Positions 25,006 through 38,110 of a DNA stretch of 64,000 nucleotides are shown one piece after another (the first letter of the stretch is position 1; each line of letters starts with the position of its first letter). The translations under genes were made by a program, and so were the position numbers. The DNA lies in the NCBI RefSeq assembly GCF_009834535.1, contig NC_045697.1:117120001-117184000 (forward strand). Reading direction: 5' to 3'. Below the pieces are notes generated by a model, which had not been told where the DNA came from, searched no databases, and saw nothing but the letters and a program-made list of their open reading frames with translations. The stretch comes from Camelus ferus. Taxonomy: Eukaryota.

Positions 25006-25875
25006 TGTACTGGAAACCCAGGTTGACCCTGAGAGTTCAGATTCTACAGAAGGACCTCCTGGAAAACAGTCTCAAACTTCAGAAATGTCAGAGGGGAAGT
25101 AGTCTCCAGTGCAAATGCCTCAGCCTTGTCATCTTATACACGGGGGCAGCCAGTCCTGTCTCCCTCCAGTTAGAATCCCAAGCCATGAAGATCACAGAAG
25201 AGTCACCCATGGCTTAGAATGGGATGTGAAAGAAAAAGGCCAAAGCACCTTCCGCATCTATTCTTATGTGCATTCCTTTTGTTAGAGCAGGCAGACAGCA
25301 AGATGTGAGCAGAGAAAGGAGGGGCATGGGCCAAATGCACAAAACCACACATCTTGTGAACAATAGGGGTCCCTGGGCAGACAGAAAAAAGCAGGAACCT
25401 CTGGGTTGATAAGAAACCATACATCTTGGGGTGACAAGTGTTCTGGAGGCTGACAAAGGATGGTAGGAAAAGGCAGGAATCCCCAGTGTCTGAATGCAAC
25501 CTTTTGCTCATCGTGCCCTCATTTCAAGCAAATTAGCCTTGCAGATTAGAAGCCCCCATCATGGACTGACACCATGACACTTCCAACCCAGACTAAATAA
25601 GGACAAAAATCCCTCCTCCCCTCGGGAAGGTGGAGCTGGGATGAAAATCAAGGAATATGACCCCAAATCCTTCCCTCCCCAATGAATATTCCATCCATTC
25701 ATTATTACGTCCCATATAACCAGCTTGTCAAAGAAATAGGGCAGCTGTTCGCCTGAGTCTGCCCGCTCTCCCCTTGAGAGTGCATCATCACTTAATCAAT
25801 CCTTACTTTGCTTTCTTGATCTCTCTCTCTCGTCTCTGAATTCTTTCTGCAAAGAGGGAAGGACCAAAAAGACAA
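25006..25875 (+). mobile_element. ERV-type LTR, family unknown
   Basis: TATA-like 'cccatataacc' near 25714, a degenerate poly(A) signal 'aatcaa' and a U5-like 'ctctgaattctttctg'. Boundaries are uncertain and no TSD was found. Confidence 0.55.
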
Positions 25876-25884
25876 TAAACAGCT

Positions 25885-26335
25885 AAAATAAACTACCATA
25901 AATTTATTGGCTTAAATGAAAAAAAAATGTATTCTTGTACAGTTCTGGAGTGCCAAAGTCTGAAACGGGTTTCCCCAGGTTAAAGCCAAGCTGCGGGCAG
26001 AAGTGAGCTCTCTCTGGAGGCAACGGGGAGAATCTCCTCACTCAACTTCTCCAGCTTCTTGAGGCTGCCTGCACCCTTGGCTCACCACCCCTTCTCCATC
26101 TGATAGCCAGTGGTACAGGGCATCTTCCAACTTCCTCCGACTCTGCCCTCTGCTTCCCTTTCCACAGGTGAACACCCTTGTGACTTCACTGGGCCCACCT
26201 GGATAATCCAGGATATCCGCTCCATCTTCAGAGCCTTAATTAGATCACAGCTGCAAAGCCCTTCTTGCCATGTAAGATAACAAACGCCTAGAGTCTAGAA
26301 ATTAGGACACAGGCATCTTGGAGGGGTAGACACTT
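25885..26335 (-). mobile_element. MaLR LTR, MLT1C/D-like
   Basis: 'cagttctggag..caaagtctgaa', 'gggcccacctggataatccagga' and 'atcacagctgcaaagcccttcttgccatgtaag'. Confidence 0.8.
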
Positions 26336-27329
26336 CCTGACTGCATTATAGGAAAATTTTCCTGCAATTATAGAGTCCATAAAAACTCCCTGGACTGGAA
26401 ATGTAGCTATCCATAAAATTATACGTTTAATAGCCAACATAGATATTCTTTTCCAAAGTCAACTACTTTTAGAGCCCCCAAAATGTTTCAGAAGGAAAGA
26501 ACAGTCTGAAAACATTCTTAATTGGCAGAGAAATCACTCCACAATCTGGATAACAGATATATGTATATATATTTTTAATAGTCCCTTAGTCTCTCTCCCC
26601 TCTCTCTCCCTCCCGGCTCTCTCTTTCTCTGATCTCCAACCCCATTTCTCACATACATGCATGCACAACTAAATCCCCTCTGCATATTATTAGCAGCAAA
26701 TCACAATGATAAAGAAAAGATCTAGTTCAGAAGTGTATTTCACTTGGTCTTAAATAGAAAGCACTCATACAAGGAGAAAAATATTGAACATGTCCAGGGC
26801 ATTGCCTGAGGGGTGTGACACATCCTTCCCAGGAGAGACATCCTCGTGGTTTAAGCTAAATTTATGGCAGGAATTTGATGGGTTGGTTGAGTCCTCTGAT
26901 GCCTTTGGGGCATAATGCACTGTGCTGGACTTGGCAGATGAGTCAGAAAGCAGGAATTCACATGGAACTTGCTCCTGGGAGGGGGTAAAACATCCCTCGT
27001 TAACGTGCGCTTTGGAGAGCTTCCTTGAGCTATAACTTGGTAGATGGTGGATCTAGGATCATTATCCATCCATGACAAACACGGCCCGTGAGAAGTCGTG
27101 TTTCCTCCAAGTGTGGGTAGCAAATGGACTAGTTGTTTACAAGAAACACATTTCATGCAAAGTTAAGCAGTGATGAGTTGACTATGGAAGCTGCTTTCTC
27201 TAAATTACAAGGACAGATAGAACATCAATTCCCAAATTTGAAAATCACTCAAAAATCTACCTTTATCCAATTCAAAAAAAAAAAAAAGTCGAAGGTGTGT
27301 GATTTAGAATAATTAGCAGATAGATTGAT

Positions 27330-27480
27330 AGGATTCCATTTCCAAATCAAATCCTTAGTAGCTGTGTGATTTTGCTTAATTATTGAAACTCACTGCACAT
27401 CAGTCCCTTCACTTCTAAAATATGGATGAAAACACCCCGTTTGCCTACATTTCAGTGATGTTCTGAGGATTTCTACAATC
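27330..27480 (+). mobile_element. MIR relic
   Basis: 'tagctgtgtgatttt...aactcactg.acatcagt..cttcacttctaaaatatggat'. Confidence 0.55.
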
Positions 27481-27719
27481 TAAAAGCATTTTTTGGGGAA
27501 AGCATCTGGTATCCTCCCAAGTAATAAAATTCCACACCAGCTTCATTAAATCTTTGTACTTGGGAAGTGTTTATTCCCATGCCTGGCACACGAGCATGTT
27601 AATTATCACCAAATGTTAATACAAGGTGTGAAAGAGGTAATAACAAAGGAAGCTGCAGGTTTTCAGTCTTTTTTGTCAGCTTTGGAATAATCGATACCTA
27701 TTTGCCTTCCCCTCAGCAT

Positions 27720-28800
27720 AACGTTTCTGCCCTTTTTCATTCAGCATAATGTTGCTGATGTTTCATTAGTCTGTTTATATAGCTCAGTAGTAGTCCATCG
27801 CACCACATGTTATAGCACGCTTACTTCCCTGCTGACCAATATATGACTTGCTTTCAGTTTTTAGCAATTATAAATGAAGTTGCAATAAACGTTTTGATGT
27901 AAGTTTTAGTTTGGCCATCATTTTCATTTCTCTTGGATAAAGCCTAAGTGTGAAACTGCTGGGTCATACATAAATGTTTCTCTCGTTGAGAAACTGCCCA
28001 ACTGTTTTGGAAAGTCATTGTATCATTTAATTTCCCCACCAGCAATGTAGGTGTTTCATGGAATTGACAACGTTCATTCTCACAGATTTTAATCATAGCC
28101 ATTAGTGTGTGTGTACAGTTGTATTTCATTGAAGTTTTGCCTTACTTTTCCGACTAACGATGTTAAATATCGTTTCTATGATTATTTACATTTCCCATAT
28201 CTTAAGAAGTATCCTTAAATTTTTACTAATTTTTAAAATTTCATTACTATCATTGAGTTGTAAAAGTTCTTTTTGTATTTGATTATATTTTAATATTCTA
28301 AATACTGGTGCTTTGTCATATGTAAATTCTGTGCTATTTTGTGGTTTGCATTTTCATTTTGTTAATCATGTCTCTAGAAGGTTTCTTTTTATAAACTTCA
28401 GTGTATTATTATTATTTTTCTCTTTTGGTTCAGGCTTCTAGTATCCTATCTAAGAAATCTTTGGTTATCTATTGCTGAAAATATTTTCTCATTTTTTCTA
28501 CACATTTTAAAAATTTAACTTTTACAGTTAGTTCTATGACTCATTTCAAGAAAAAATTCATGTATGATACAGATGAACATTGCATTTATATTTTCAGTAT
28601 TGATATCCTGTTGTTGAAGCCTCACTTCTTGAAATGATTTCACTTTCCCATTGAATTACTTTGACCCACTTGTCAAAATTCAACTGCTCATATTTGTATG
28701 TTTATTAATGAACTCTCAGGTCTACTGATCTATATGTTTCTTGGTCAAACTTACACAATCTTGATTATTATAGCATTACAGTAAGTCTTGAAGCAGGTCA
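27720..28800 (-). mobile_element. Old L1M relic
   Basis: 'cattttcatttctcttggataa..cctaagtgtgaa.ctgctgggtcata', 'ccccaccagcaatgta' and 'cttgattattatagc.ttacagtaagtcttga'. Confidence 0.75.
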
Positions 28801-29632
28801 CATATTTCCAGTTTGTGGTGTAGTTTTGTAATACCATCTCCTTCCCAGACATTTTAACTCCATCTGCTCACATGAAGAATGTGTGGGGAGAATCGAAGAG
28901 GCTGTGCTGTGGTTCTGATTCACATGGAGAGAGAAGATGACACCCAAATGGAACCAAGGACTCAGCAAGAACAAGAAATCAGAATAGTAGAAAAACCTGA
29001 GAAGTCATGCCCTTGCCATCTCGTAATGAGATGGGTTTCTGCTCAATGAGTGGACGGGTTTTCATGAACAGATATCACATGACATGAAGTCTACTCTGTT
29101 TTAAAAAGTGCTTTTGGAACTTAGTGATATTTTCCTGAACCCCCCAAAAACCCTGAAGATGGTCACTTCTGTAATATATTTGCAAGTTTTACAGGTGAAA
29201 AACTGCCTTGTTTCAATTCACAATTCTTTGGTTTCTCATGAAGTGGAGATTTTTATGCATGATGTTTGTCAGCCATTTCTGGGAAAAGTTCTAAACAAGT
29301 CAGGCCTAAACATAAATATAATAAAAAATTAGGATTGGAAGAAATATTAGCTAGATAACTTCTCAGTTATAAGACTAACCATATTAAACTATAGTTTTTA
29401 CACTTTTGATTCAGTTAGGAACAAAACATACTAGGATTAAGTAAAAGAGGGGTTTTCAGTATATACCAGTCATAATGAAATCAGAATCATTTTACAACCA
29501 CCTAGAGGACTTTCAATAAATACCAGTATAGGTTCCCATATTCCAAAAATCTAGTGTATGACCTAGTCATTTGTATTAAAAACCTCTCAGGTATTTAAGT
29601 GTCCCATGAAGGTTGAGAATTGTATACTGTAT

Positions 29633-29633
29633 T

Positions 29634-29678
<45 letters not shown>
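29633..29678. repeat. (GATA)n microsatellite
   Basis: Direct reading, about 11 units. Confidence 0.95.
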
Positions 29679-29679
<1 letters not shown>

Positions 29680-32600
29680 ACTATATATCTGTATATACAA
29701 ATATACCAACTATATCTGAGGTCAACTAATACAAACGTTGGTCATTATTTATCAGCATCATGTGGAACAATCCTCTTGGTCTTGATTCCACAATTTTCCT
29801 TAGTGAATGTCATGTCTGTCACTTTCATAATAAAAATTACCACGTTCAATTTCATCTTTTGTTGACATTTCAGACTCTGCTTATTTCTACTTTTCATGGG
29901 GGAGAAACATCTTTAGAAACACGAACACATGACAACATCTCAGCCTTGGGCACTTTCAGAGAGTGGAGCTCTCCTTAAACCATCAAGGAATGACGGGGCC
30001 CTAAACTCCGTTGACCCCCGGCTGCTAGTGTTGACTGTTAAGAGCTCAGAGGAAGGAGTTACTGTGGATTTCTAAGCTTCTCTGAATCAGTGCTTAATAT
30101 TTGCCTTCTTTTTATTTGCTGTGAGCACCTAGAAAGTCATTTTAATCTTTTTTTTTAAGTGTAGTGCGTTAGCACATTTCATATCCAAGTAAAAATGAGA
30201 TTTTAAAAAATTTCAGGATTTTGATTACACCTGCATCTTCGAGGGCATGAATAATTAATTGGCAAGCAACTGCCCAGACTAACATCCCAACCTCAGGACC
30301 AGCCTATTAGACTACGTGAAAAGTGGATCACAGGACTCTCCAACCCACTGGCGTGACTTCTCAAGGGAAAAGAAAATACTGCCGTAGAAATGGCTCTTCT
30401 GGTTCTGTTTCTTAATCTGTTACCTGCCTTCAGCACCTTCACCTAGATTCTAATTAGGTCTTCGTGCCGGGTTCTTCTCCTTGGAGACAGAGTGTTTTAT
30501 CTTCTCTGGCCTGTTAGCCAGCACCAAGAAGGCATGAAGGATCACTCTGCCCTCCTTCTCTCAGACCTACTTTCCTTTCACTTCTTTACAAAGTAGTATT
30601 TTTGGTTTTGTCATTTATAACCTGGCACTGTGGCTAGTTACACCCCATGGGACGCTTGCGTTATTAATGGGTGTGGTGCACCCTGATTTCTCATTGTTAA
30701 CGTTGCAAATTATTCTTTTGAAAAGAGGAAAGCAATTTCCCCTGCTGCATGGTTCTTCTAAGAGTAGCTGGGTTGAGTTTACAATATTGAAAAAGAAAAA
30801 TAAACATATATGAATGTGATCGTTGGTAGGTCTGTTTGACCAGATGAAATTGGACGCTAAGGCAGAGAGTCTCATAAACCCATGACTTGTGTCCTCAGAG
30901 GCTCATGTAACATGTGAATGTGATGCTGTTCATTCTGTTTCCAGTTCAAGCCACTTACTGGATTTCCAAGAGTAACTGAAAAGCTCTTTATAAAGCTTCA
31001 TGCAACAATATTAAACATAACAATATCTAAGGTAGTGAGTAATACTAAGTTCAATTTTCATACTCAAAGTACTCTAAGTCCTAAAGAGAAAAACTATAAT
31101 TTGAAAGGTAAATTTAAAAACTTCACTTAGGTCATGTATTTAAACCAGGAACTTACACCGTTTGGTATGAAAAAGCTAGGTTTACACAGGCTTTATCTGT
31201 TCCCTCACCACCAGCATAATCAAAGTGGAATAAAGGATATTATTACACACAACATATTCTATGACAATTTTTTTACATCAGAAAAGGTAGGACACATTTT
31301 AATATTGGGAAATTTCAAAGAAAGAGACTTGAAGACTTACTTTGATACTAATATTTATCAACACTTACTTTTTAGAAATGATATGTTTCTTGATAAATAA
31401 TGACCTCATTGGATTTCTGAGGTCATTGGTATGATGGACTTAGATTCCACTTGCCTGGGTAGACTCTGTATTAACGATATGGAGTTGGTCGCTATAATTA
31501 AAGTGTATTCTGTATGTAACCTCACGCAGCGCCTAGAGGAACGGGTGCTGAAGGGGTCCACTGCTCTCTCTGTTGCCTGGAGACATTCTATGCCCCAGTG
31601 TTTTGTCATGGTCAATACAGAATGTTGTTTTTTAAAGATGATGCCATGGAAAACCATTTTTACTTACACTTTCCTTTTTCTTGCTCACTCTTTTGAGTTT
31701 TTTGAGATCCCCTTTGCAAACTATTTTCATAACCTTCCATCTTTCAAAACAGCTGATTCCTGTGCTGTCAAATTTTTCAAAACCTGAGGTGATAATTTCC
31801 ACAATCTTCTGAAATCTCTGAAAAATTCCCTGAGAAATCTGTCACTTGCTCAACCCTGAAATGAAACTCAATCCAGAACCAGTACTTTGCTAGAAGAATT
31901 GGAAAAGAAAAGTGATCCACTCCCCCTAACTAACCTGCACCTCTTCCATCTCACAGAATGCCTCAGAATAGGTGAAGATCGGAATCTCTTTAAAAATAAG
32001 ATCTTGTACACTGAGTGGAGATTGTCTACTAGTCAGTTGAAAACGTATTTTCTCAGTAGGGGTTTGAATAATTTTTTAAAAAAACTTAATTAAATAGTTT
32101 GTAATTTTCCACTGGGGAAAAAAAAATGTTCTCATCAATTCATGGAGTGTTGTTTCACTTTAAGGAGGCAGAATCCTATGACTCACAGGTGCTCAATCTC
32201 TCTATCCAGAATGTTAAATATATCCTTATTTCTGTGTTGGAATGAAAAGCTTCTCGGTGATCCATTTGGTTTCTATGATTGAGTCAAAGCAGGGAACATT
32301 TCTGCTAAGAGGACTGCTAGTTTGCTCCCACATGCTTCTAAAATTCCACAGCTTGCATTCAATTACAGGGAAGTTCCGGTGAAAAGAAAATTACGTCCAC
32401 TCTAATGGGTAGGAAATACTCTCGGTCCCTGGTACTTCCTTTCTCAAACTTCAAATAACACTGTCTTGCACGGAAAATGAATACAAGTTTGAAAACTTGA
32501 CTCACAGGCAAACAAGTAAGGGAGAGTCATTCAACCTCGTGTGGAACAGAAATACTGTCTCGCTGTTTCATTTCCGACAGCACCTAACCCGACAGAACAT

Positions 32601-33149
32601 GCAAGTCGCTGACTGTTGACTGATGCTGGCTGTGGTAGCCTAACAATGAAACCTTTTTTCCATCAGCTCACAAGATTTGCATCACGTTTCTCTTCCAAGA
32701 AAATGCCATTGCATCATGGCAGTGATGAAAAGAGTGGAAGGTTGGTTGCCATTAGAAATAGCCACGTTCCCATTTAGCTGTAAGATTTTAGTTCAAGTAG
32801 CTAAGAGGTACGCAAACTAAGTGGATCAAACATGATTCTGACAAGACGGTGAACAGGGCTGCCTGTGACTTAGGCAGTCTCTGAGATCCATCACTTCAGG
32901 GACTACCTGTCCCAAAATTGGGACATTTTAGGGCCTGTATAAAGCTAGGCAGCTCCCTAATATGAACCAGGGAATCACTAACAATGAAACACTAACGCCA
33001 TAATATTGCTAATCCAGTATTACTCCTGGGGCATGTTGGCTTGGACGAATCATACCGTGTGCTTCTATATCCCCTCTTCCCATTTTTTCTGAAACAGTAA
33101 TTGAATTGTGAACCCAGAAGGCTGAGACTTTTTTGTAACTCTACTACTC

Positions 33150-33480
33150 ATTCATAATAATAGCTGATAAGAGTATTTAATAAGGATCTTTAGGTGCTAA
33201 GTCCTTTAATACACAGTCACATTCAACCTTCAGAACCACCCTGATGTGTTTCCAGTGCCCAGAACAGCACCTGTCATGAGGCAGGCATCCATCAACATTC
33301 AGCAATGAACACACATGCTGGGGAAAGGATACGGTTACCCCACTCTACAGATGAGGATGCCGGGAGTAAAAAGATGGAGGATCTTGCCTGGTTTTATCCT
33401 CTCCCACCAGGAATCAGAGGCAGGATTGGAAGACGAGTCTATCAGGTTGACTCCAAAGCTCATGTTCTGACCCTCCAGCC
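33150..33480 (-). mobile_element. MIR relic (possibly interrupted by an L2 tail fragment)
   Basis: 'aataatagctga', 'ccccactctacagatgagga' and 'tgactccaaagctcatgttct'. Confidence 0.55.
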
Positions 33481-33764
33481 ACAGCATCCTCCGTTCTCTG
33501 ACCCTCAGCTTGTTATTAGGAAAGTAAAAGTACCTACCATGTGACTCTTAAGGTCCTTTCCAAATTAAATGCAAATATGTTTAAGAAATCAATGTCCAAC
33601 CTTTGAAGAATTAACATCAAACACAGACTTGCGATGTGGATACAGGTACTGACAGTTGGTCTGCGGGTTTTCACCTTTAAAACTTGGCAGTTTTGCTGGA
33701 TTTAGGGCTGACTGTAACAAGTGAACCGCACGTCCTTCCTGCTGTAGATTTATATTATACATGC

Positions 33765-34116
33765 TCACGTCTGTAGTTCCAATGTCCAAACAGCTCTGAA
33801 AACCAAACCTGCTTAAACTCATTTGGCTGTGAATCCTGGCCTGACTTGAACTTATTTGCCTGCAGATACCAAACTGACCTGACGTGAGACGGTTCCCAGT
33901 GTTTATTTATCACATTTGTGAATATTCGTTTGCTTTGCTGCCAAAATCTGAGTGTAGGTGGCCATGAGGTCCTGTATCCCCTCCTTGAGATGAAGGGGCT
34001 AGGACATTAACACCGTGTACAAGTGTGCAATGTTGATCTGTCTATAAGTCTAAAAAATCTGAATTCTAAAGCACATCTGGCCAAAAGGTTTTGGGAGGAG
34101 GGATGGAGGGCGTGTT
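33765..34116. mobile_element. Probable old DNA transposon relic
   Basis: Terminal-like 'ctgaattctaaagcacatctggccaaaaggttttggga..agggat'. Family uncertain. Confidence 0.35.
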
Positions 34117-35389
34117 CATGTGCCACTGACCAAAGTTGTACTCAGTGGAGGAATAAAGCCAGGGATAAGCAAGCGTTCAGTTTTAAGTAGGTGCTGGTCT
34201 TCTGACATCAAGACATCCCCTGTAGAATCAGGTTTCCCTGTGCATGTAAAGGAAGATCGCCAGAACATAATTCAGACAGAAACACTGCTACCCAAGATGG
34301 TACACCCTTTGTGATAAAGTTTGGCACTTTGGAGGCACAAGTTCAAGGTGGCGTCCTGGGCAGTGACAAGGTCATTGTGACACTGGCTACACCTGGAGCG
34401 ACCCCAGACCCTTCTGCACATGTGCAGCCACTTTTTGGACATGGTTATATTCTGTTTCTAACTTTTGCTTGTATTTCCCCCTGTTCCTGTCCTAGTTTCA
34501 GAGCAATCAGAGCATTTAAAGGCAGCATAACAAGCAGAGAGAGAGAGAGAAAGGAATCACCACCTGGAAACTATACACGACCTCCTGGTTTTGATAGTTT
34601 TTAAACTGATGTTATCTTATTGCGTAGTCACGTAAAACAAGTAGAGAAGGAAGGAGAGCTGTCCCATGGCTCAGTTTAACAGATGGCAAAGCTCACGGCC
34701 CTAGAGGCTAAGTGACTGGTCACTGTCACCCGCTGTTCAGTGATAGATAGGAGACTAGACTCTAGATTCTGAGTGAAGTGAATTTTCCAGTTACAACAAT
34801 GACTCTGCAACTTAACTTTCATCCCTTCACTAAGGCTACCCCTAGGATATTTCTCTTTTCTAATCGATGTTATATAAACACCATGCCCAGCATTCCACAA
34901 ATGCCATGGCAACAAATAAGAGAAAAATTATATAAAATGATATTACAGTATGACTCACAAGATTGCCTGATTGCATCCTTGAATGTTTTTCCGAGGCTAT
35001 TCAAGATAGACGACAAAGTTCCTAAAATGACACTGTTAACATTCCTACATATCTTCTTTGAGAATTTGGAGACTGGCCAGGCATTCATTTGGATACTGCT
35101 GGGACTGAGGCTGTAGCTTATAAACTGGGTCACAGCATGCGCCTGAGATGGCTTAGAGATGCTGTGGGCTTTGACGGCGCTGAGCAGAGGGGCTTCCTGT
35201 ACGCTGGCTGACTTCAGTGGTCCCCTGCTAGCCTCCACGCAGCACTCAGAGTCTCAGGCAACTACGTGCCTGTCCTTCAGGGTCCCTAAGAGTCAGCTCT
35301 TCCTTTGTAAATCTTTAGCCTTCTTCCTTGTTTGTTTTTAACTGACAGTACAGAAATGCAGCAATTTCTGTATCATTTTTGAATAGGTT

Positions 35390-35762
35390 ATTGTTTGACG
35401 AAATTGTCCTCTCCACGTCCCCCTGTTGAAGCCCTGACCTCTGATGTGATGGCATTTGGAGACGGGCATTTGGAAGGTAATCAGGTTAGGATGGGGTGAT
35501 GCGGGTAGGACCTTCATGATGCGCCCAGCGCCCTGAGAAGGGGAGACACCGGAGAGCTTGCTGTCTTTTCTGTCTGCGCTGTGTGAGGGCACGGCGAGAA
35601 GGTGGCCCTCTGTGAGCCAGGAAGAAGGTCCTCCCCGGACTCGGACCAAACTGGTACCCTGATCTTAGACTCCCCAGCCTCCAGAACTGTGAGGAAATAA
35701 ATTTCTATTGTTTAAGCCACCCAGCCTGTGGGGTCTGATCACAGCAGCTCAAGCTCACGAAG
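35390..35762 (+). mobile_element. MaLR LTR, MLT1A/B-like
   Basis: 'tgttgaagccctgacc..tgtgatggcatttggag', 'cagcctccagaactgtgaggaaataaatttctattgtttaagccacccag'. Confidence 0.85.
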
Positions 35763-37939
35763 TCTTGGTAGTTACAGCATTTAACCGCCATCTCACGGGA
35801 GGCACCAACTCACGTGCTAAGTGGAAGACCACTAGATTTTCTAGACTTAAAAAGACCTCCTCCAGCCTCTCAAAATGAAGAAGCCAAAAGTCATCCCCAG
35901 TTGAGAACCACTGGCCAATGGCAAGAAAGGAGAATACCGGAAGGCAGCTTATGGAGAAGGCTATTAGGATGTTTGTCTAAAAGTCTAACTGATGCAAGGA
36001 ATAAATTCACAGAAAATTTTTAAAAAACAGTATTTTTATTTTTATTTATTTATTTTTTTTGCCTAGGACTCCAGATAATTAATGCCTTTCTATGCTTCGA
36101 AATTGGGCATGAGTTGGACTAAAGCATTTGTTAAGCACTTAACTCCTATTTCATGGTGTACGTTTCCTAGATATGGCAAGAAAATGCCATGTGGTGGATT
36201 GGAAGGGAACACTTTACTATGTTGGATGTGGAGGACAATTTAGCTGAGGGGCCACTGTCTTTTAGTATCAAGTTGTAGAGGAAAAGCTAACTTTTCCCTA
36301 AAAACATGTTTTGGATTTTTTCCAAGTTACGTGATCTCTCTTGAGACAGATGTTCAGTCAATTAAAGTCCAGCTTCCTCCCCAGTTGTTTCCCTCCTCCG
36401 GTGCTTCCTGGGATGCCGTCTGAAGCTGGGTGGCACGCTGCATCCTCATTGCCGTGGAGGGAGGGGTCCTTCCACCCGCTTCTGAGGAGGTGGAAGCCCT
36501 TGTTCTGCCTCATCACCGAGCTCCCTGTATTCCTTTGTCGCTAAGTCTATGGAAGGTGGTCTGCTGCATCTGCTCTGGGTACAGTCAGGGTCAGTCGGTG
36601 GGTCCTTGCTGACTCGGTCCCCCTTCCTTTTTCCCTGAGTCTTTGTCATGTGCATCGTGGTCCATGCACCTCCCGCACACGACAGTCCCATGGCAGACCT
36701 ATGGCCCCCAGTTCCACAGAAGACCCCCTGGAGGGCACAGGGAAAGCCTGCCTTCAGGCTGCATGATGGGACAGGATACTGACCACATCCTTGCAAAGAG
36801 GTCCTGAGAAAAAAAAGAGATCATTTGAGATGGTGTGGCCAAGTCTATTGAAAGCACAGTTTGATGCCAGCCACACACAGGTTTCATAATACTGGAACAC
36901 ATCATGTAAATGCTGATGCAAAGAAGTATTTAGTGACTACATAAAAATTCAAGGCCTCCCTTGTGGATGCATGTTTGATTAGATGTTAATGAATATTTTC
37001 TTCTTTTACCAACTGTTACAACAAACCTCGAAACTTAAATAACATCAGAAACATATGCTTTGGTACCCCCTTGTCAACTGTGTTTAAAAAGCCCTAAGCT
37101 TATATTTTTTAAAAAGCTCTATCTAAGCCATTCTAAGGGCTAGAATAATCTCTGCCTTTACAACTTCATGAGAGGAAGTTTTTCGTTTTTGAGTTACATT
37201 ATTTTGCTGGATTGACTTTGCCCTGAAAATCATAAATTAAAAATGTCTCGAATCTTAAAAGAATTCTTTATTTCTGAGTTTCTCCTAAATAGGAAGATAA
37301 CTGTTATTGTTGAGATGATGCCTGGTTGGTTGACATGAGGCCAGTGTCTTCAGTTGTGCTTCTGTTCTGATTGTCTTTCTTTTCTCCATTTCCAGTCATT
37401 TTCTCCTGAGATAAACATTAAACAAGTTCCCTATTAACGTAATTATATCTTGAATAAACTTCATGCTTCCTATCTTGATAAATTTTGATTGATTCTGATC
37501 AATATTCTCCCTGTTAAAAGTATCTATTTTTAACAACAAAAAGAGCAGCAGCAGCAAAAAACAAAAGCAAATAAACAACAATAACAACAACAACAAAAAA
37601 CCCTTTGCCTCAACAGGAAAACACTAGAGCTGGCACAAATCCTGAGATTGTCCGGTCAGTCTTTGGACGGGAGGAAACCGTATCGACAGCTCTGATTATT
37701 CAGTGAATAAGCCATTGTCAATCAGATGCTAGAAGAAACAGGGTTCTTAACTCTAGGTTTCTTAACTCTTGGTCCATTGCTGTTGCTTTACGATCTTAAG
37801 ATCAATTTAAATGTAAATTAGAGATATTAGTGAAGGCTTTTGGGAAGGATAGTCCCATGTTTGTGGGTTTGGAAGTTGTTACACAGAACAAGTCACCCCA
37901 TTCATTGTGCACGGAAGACGCACTACATATAAGACCTGC

Positions 37940-38110
37940 ACAAAGCACTTGTCTTCGCTCAGCTCCTTTACGCCTAAGAGCAGCCCGATGATGGCATCAT
38001 TGCTCTTATTACTTCTGCTTGATAGATAAAGAATCAGAGGCTCAGACAGGCAAAGCAATGTGTCCAGAGTCCCACTGTGGGTGAGTGATGCGGCAGAATC
38101 TGAACGCAGA
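37940..38110 (-). mobile_element. MIR relic
   Basis: 'agataaagaatcagaggctcagacagg.aaagcaatgtgtccagagtcccac'. Confidence 0.6.
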
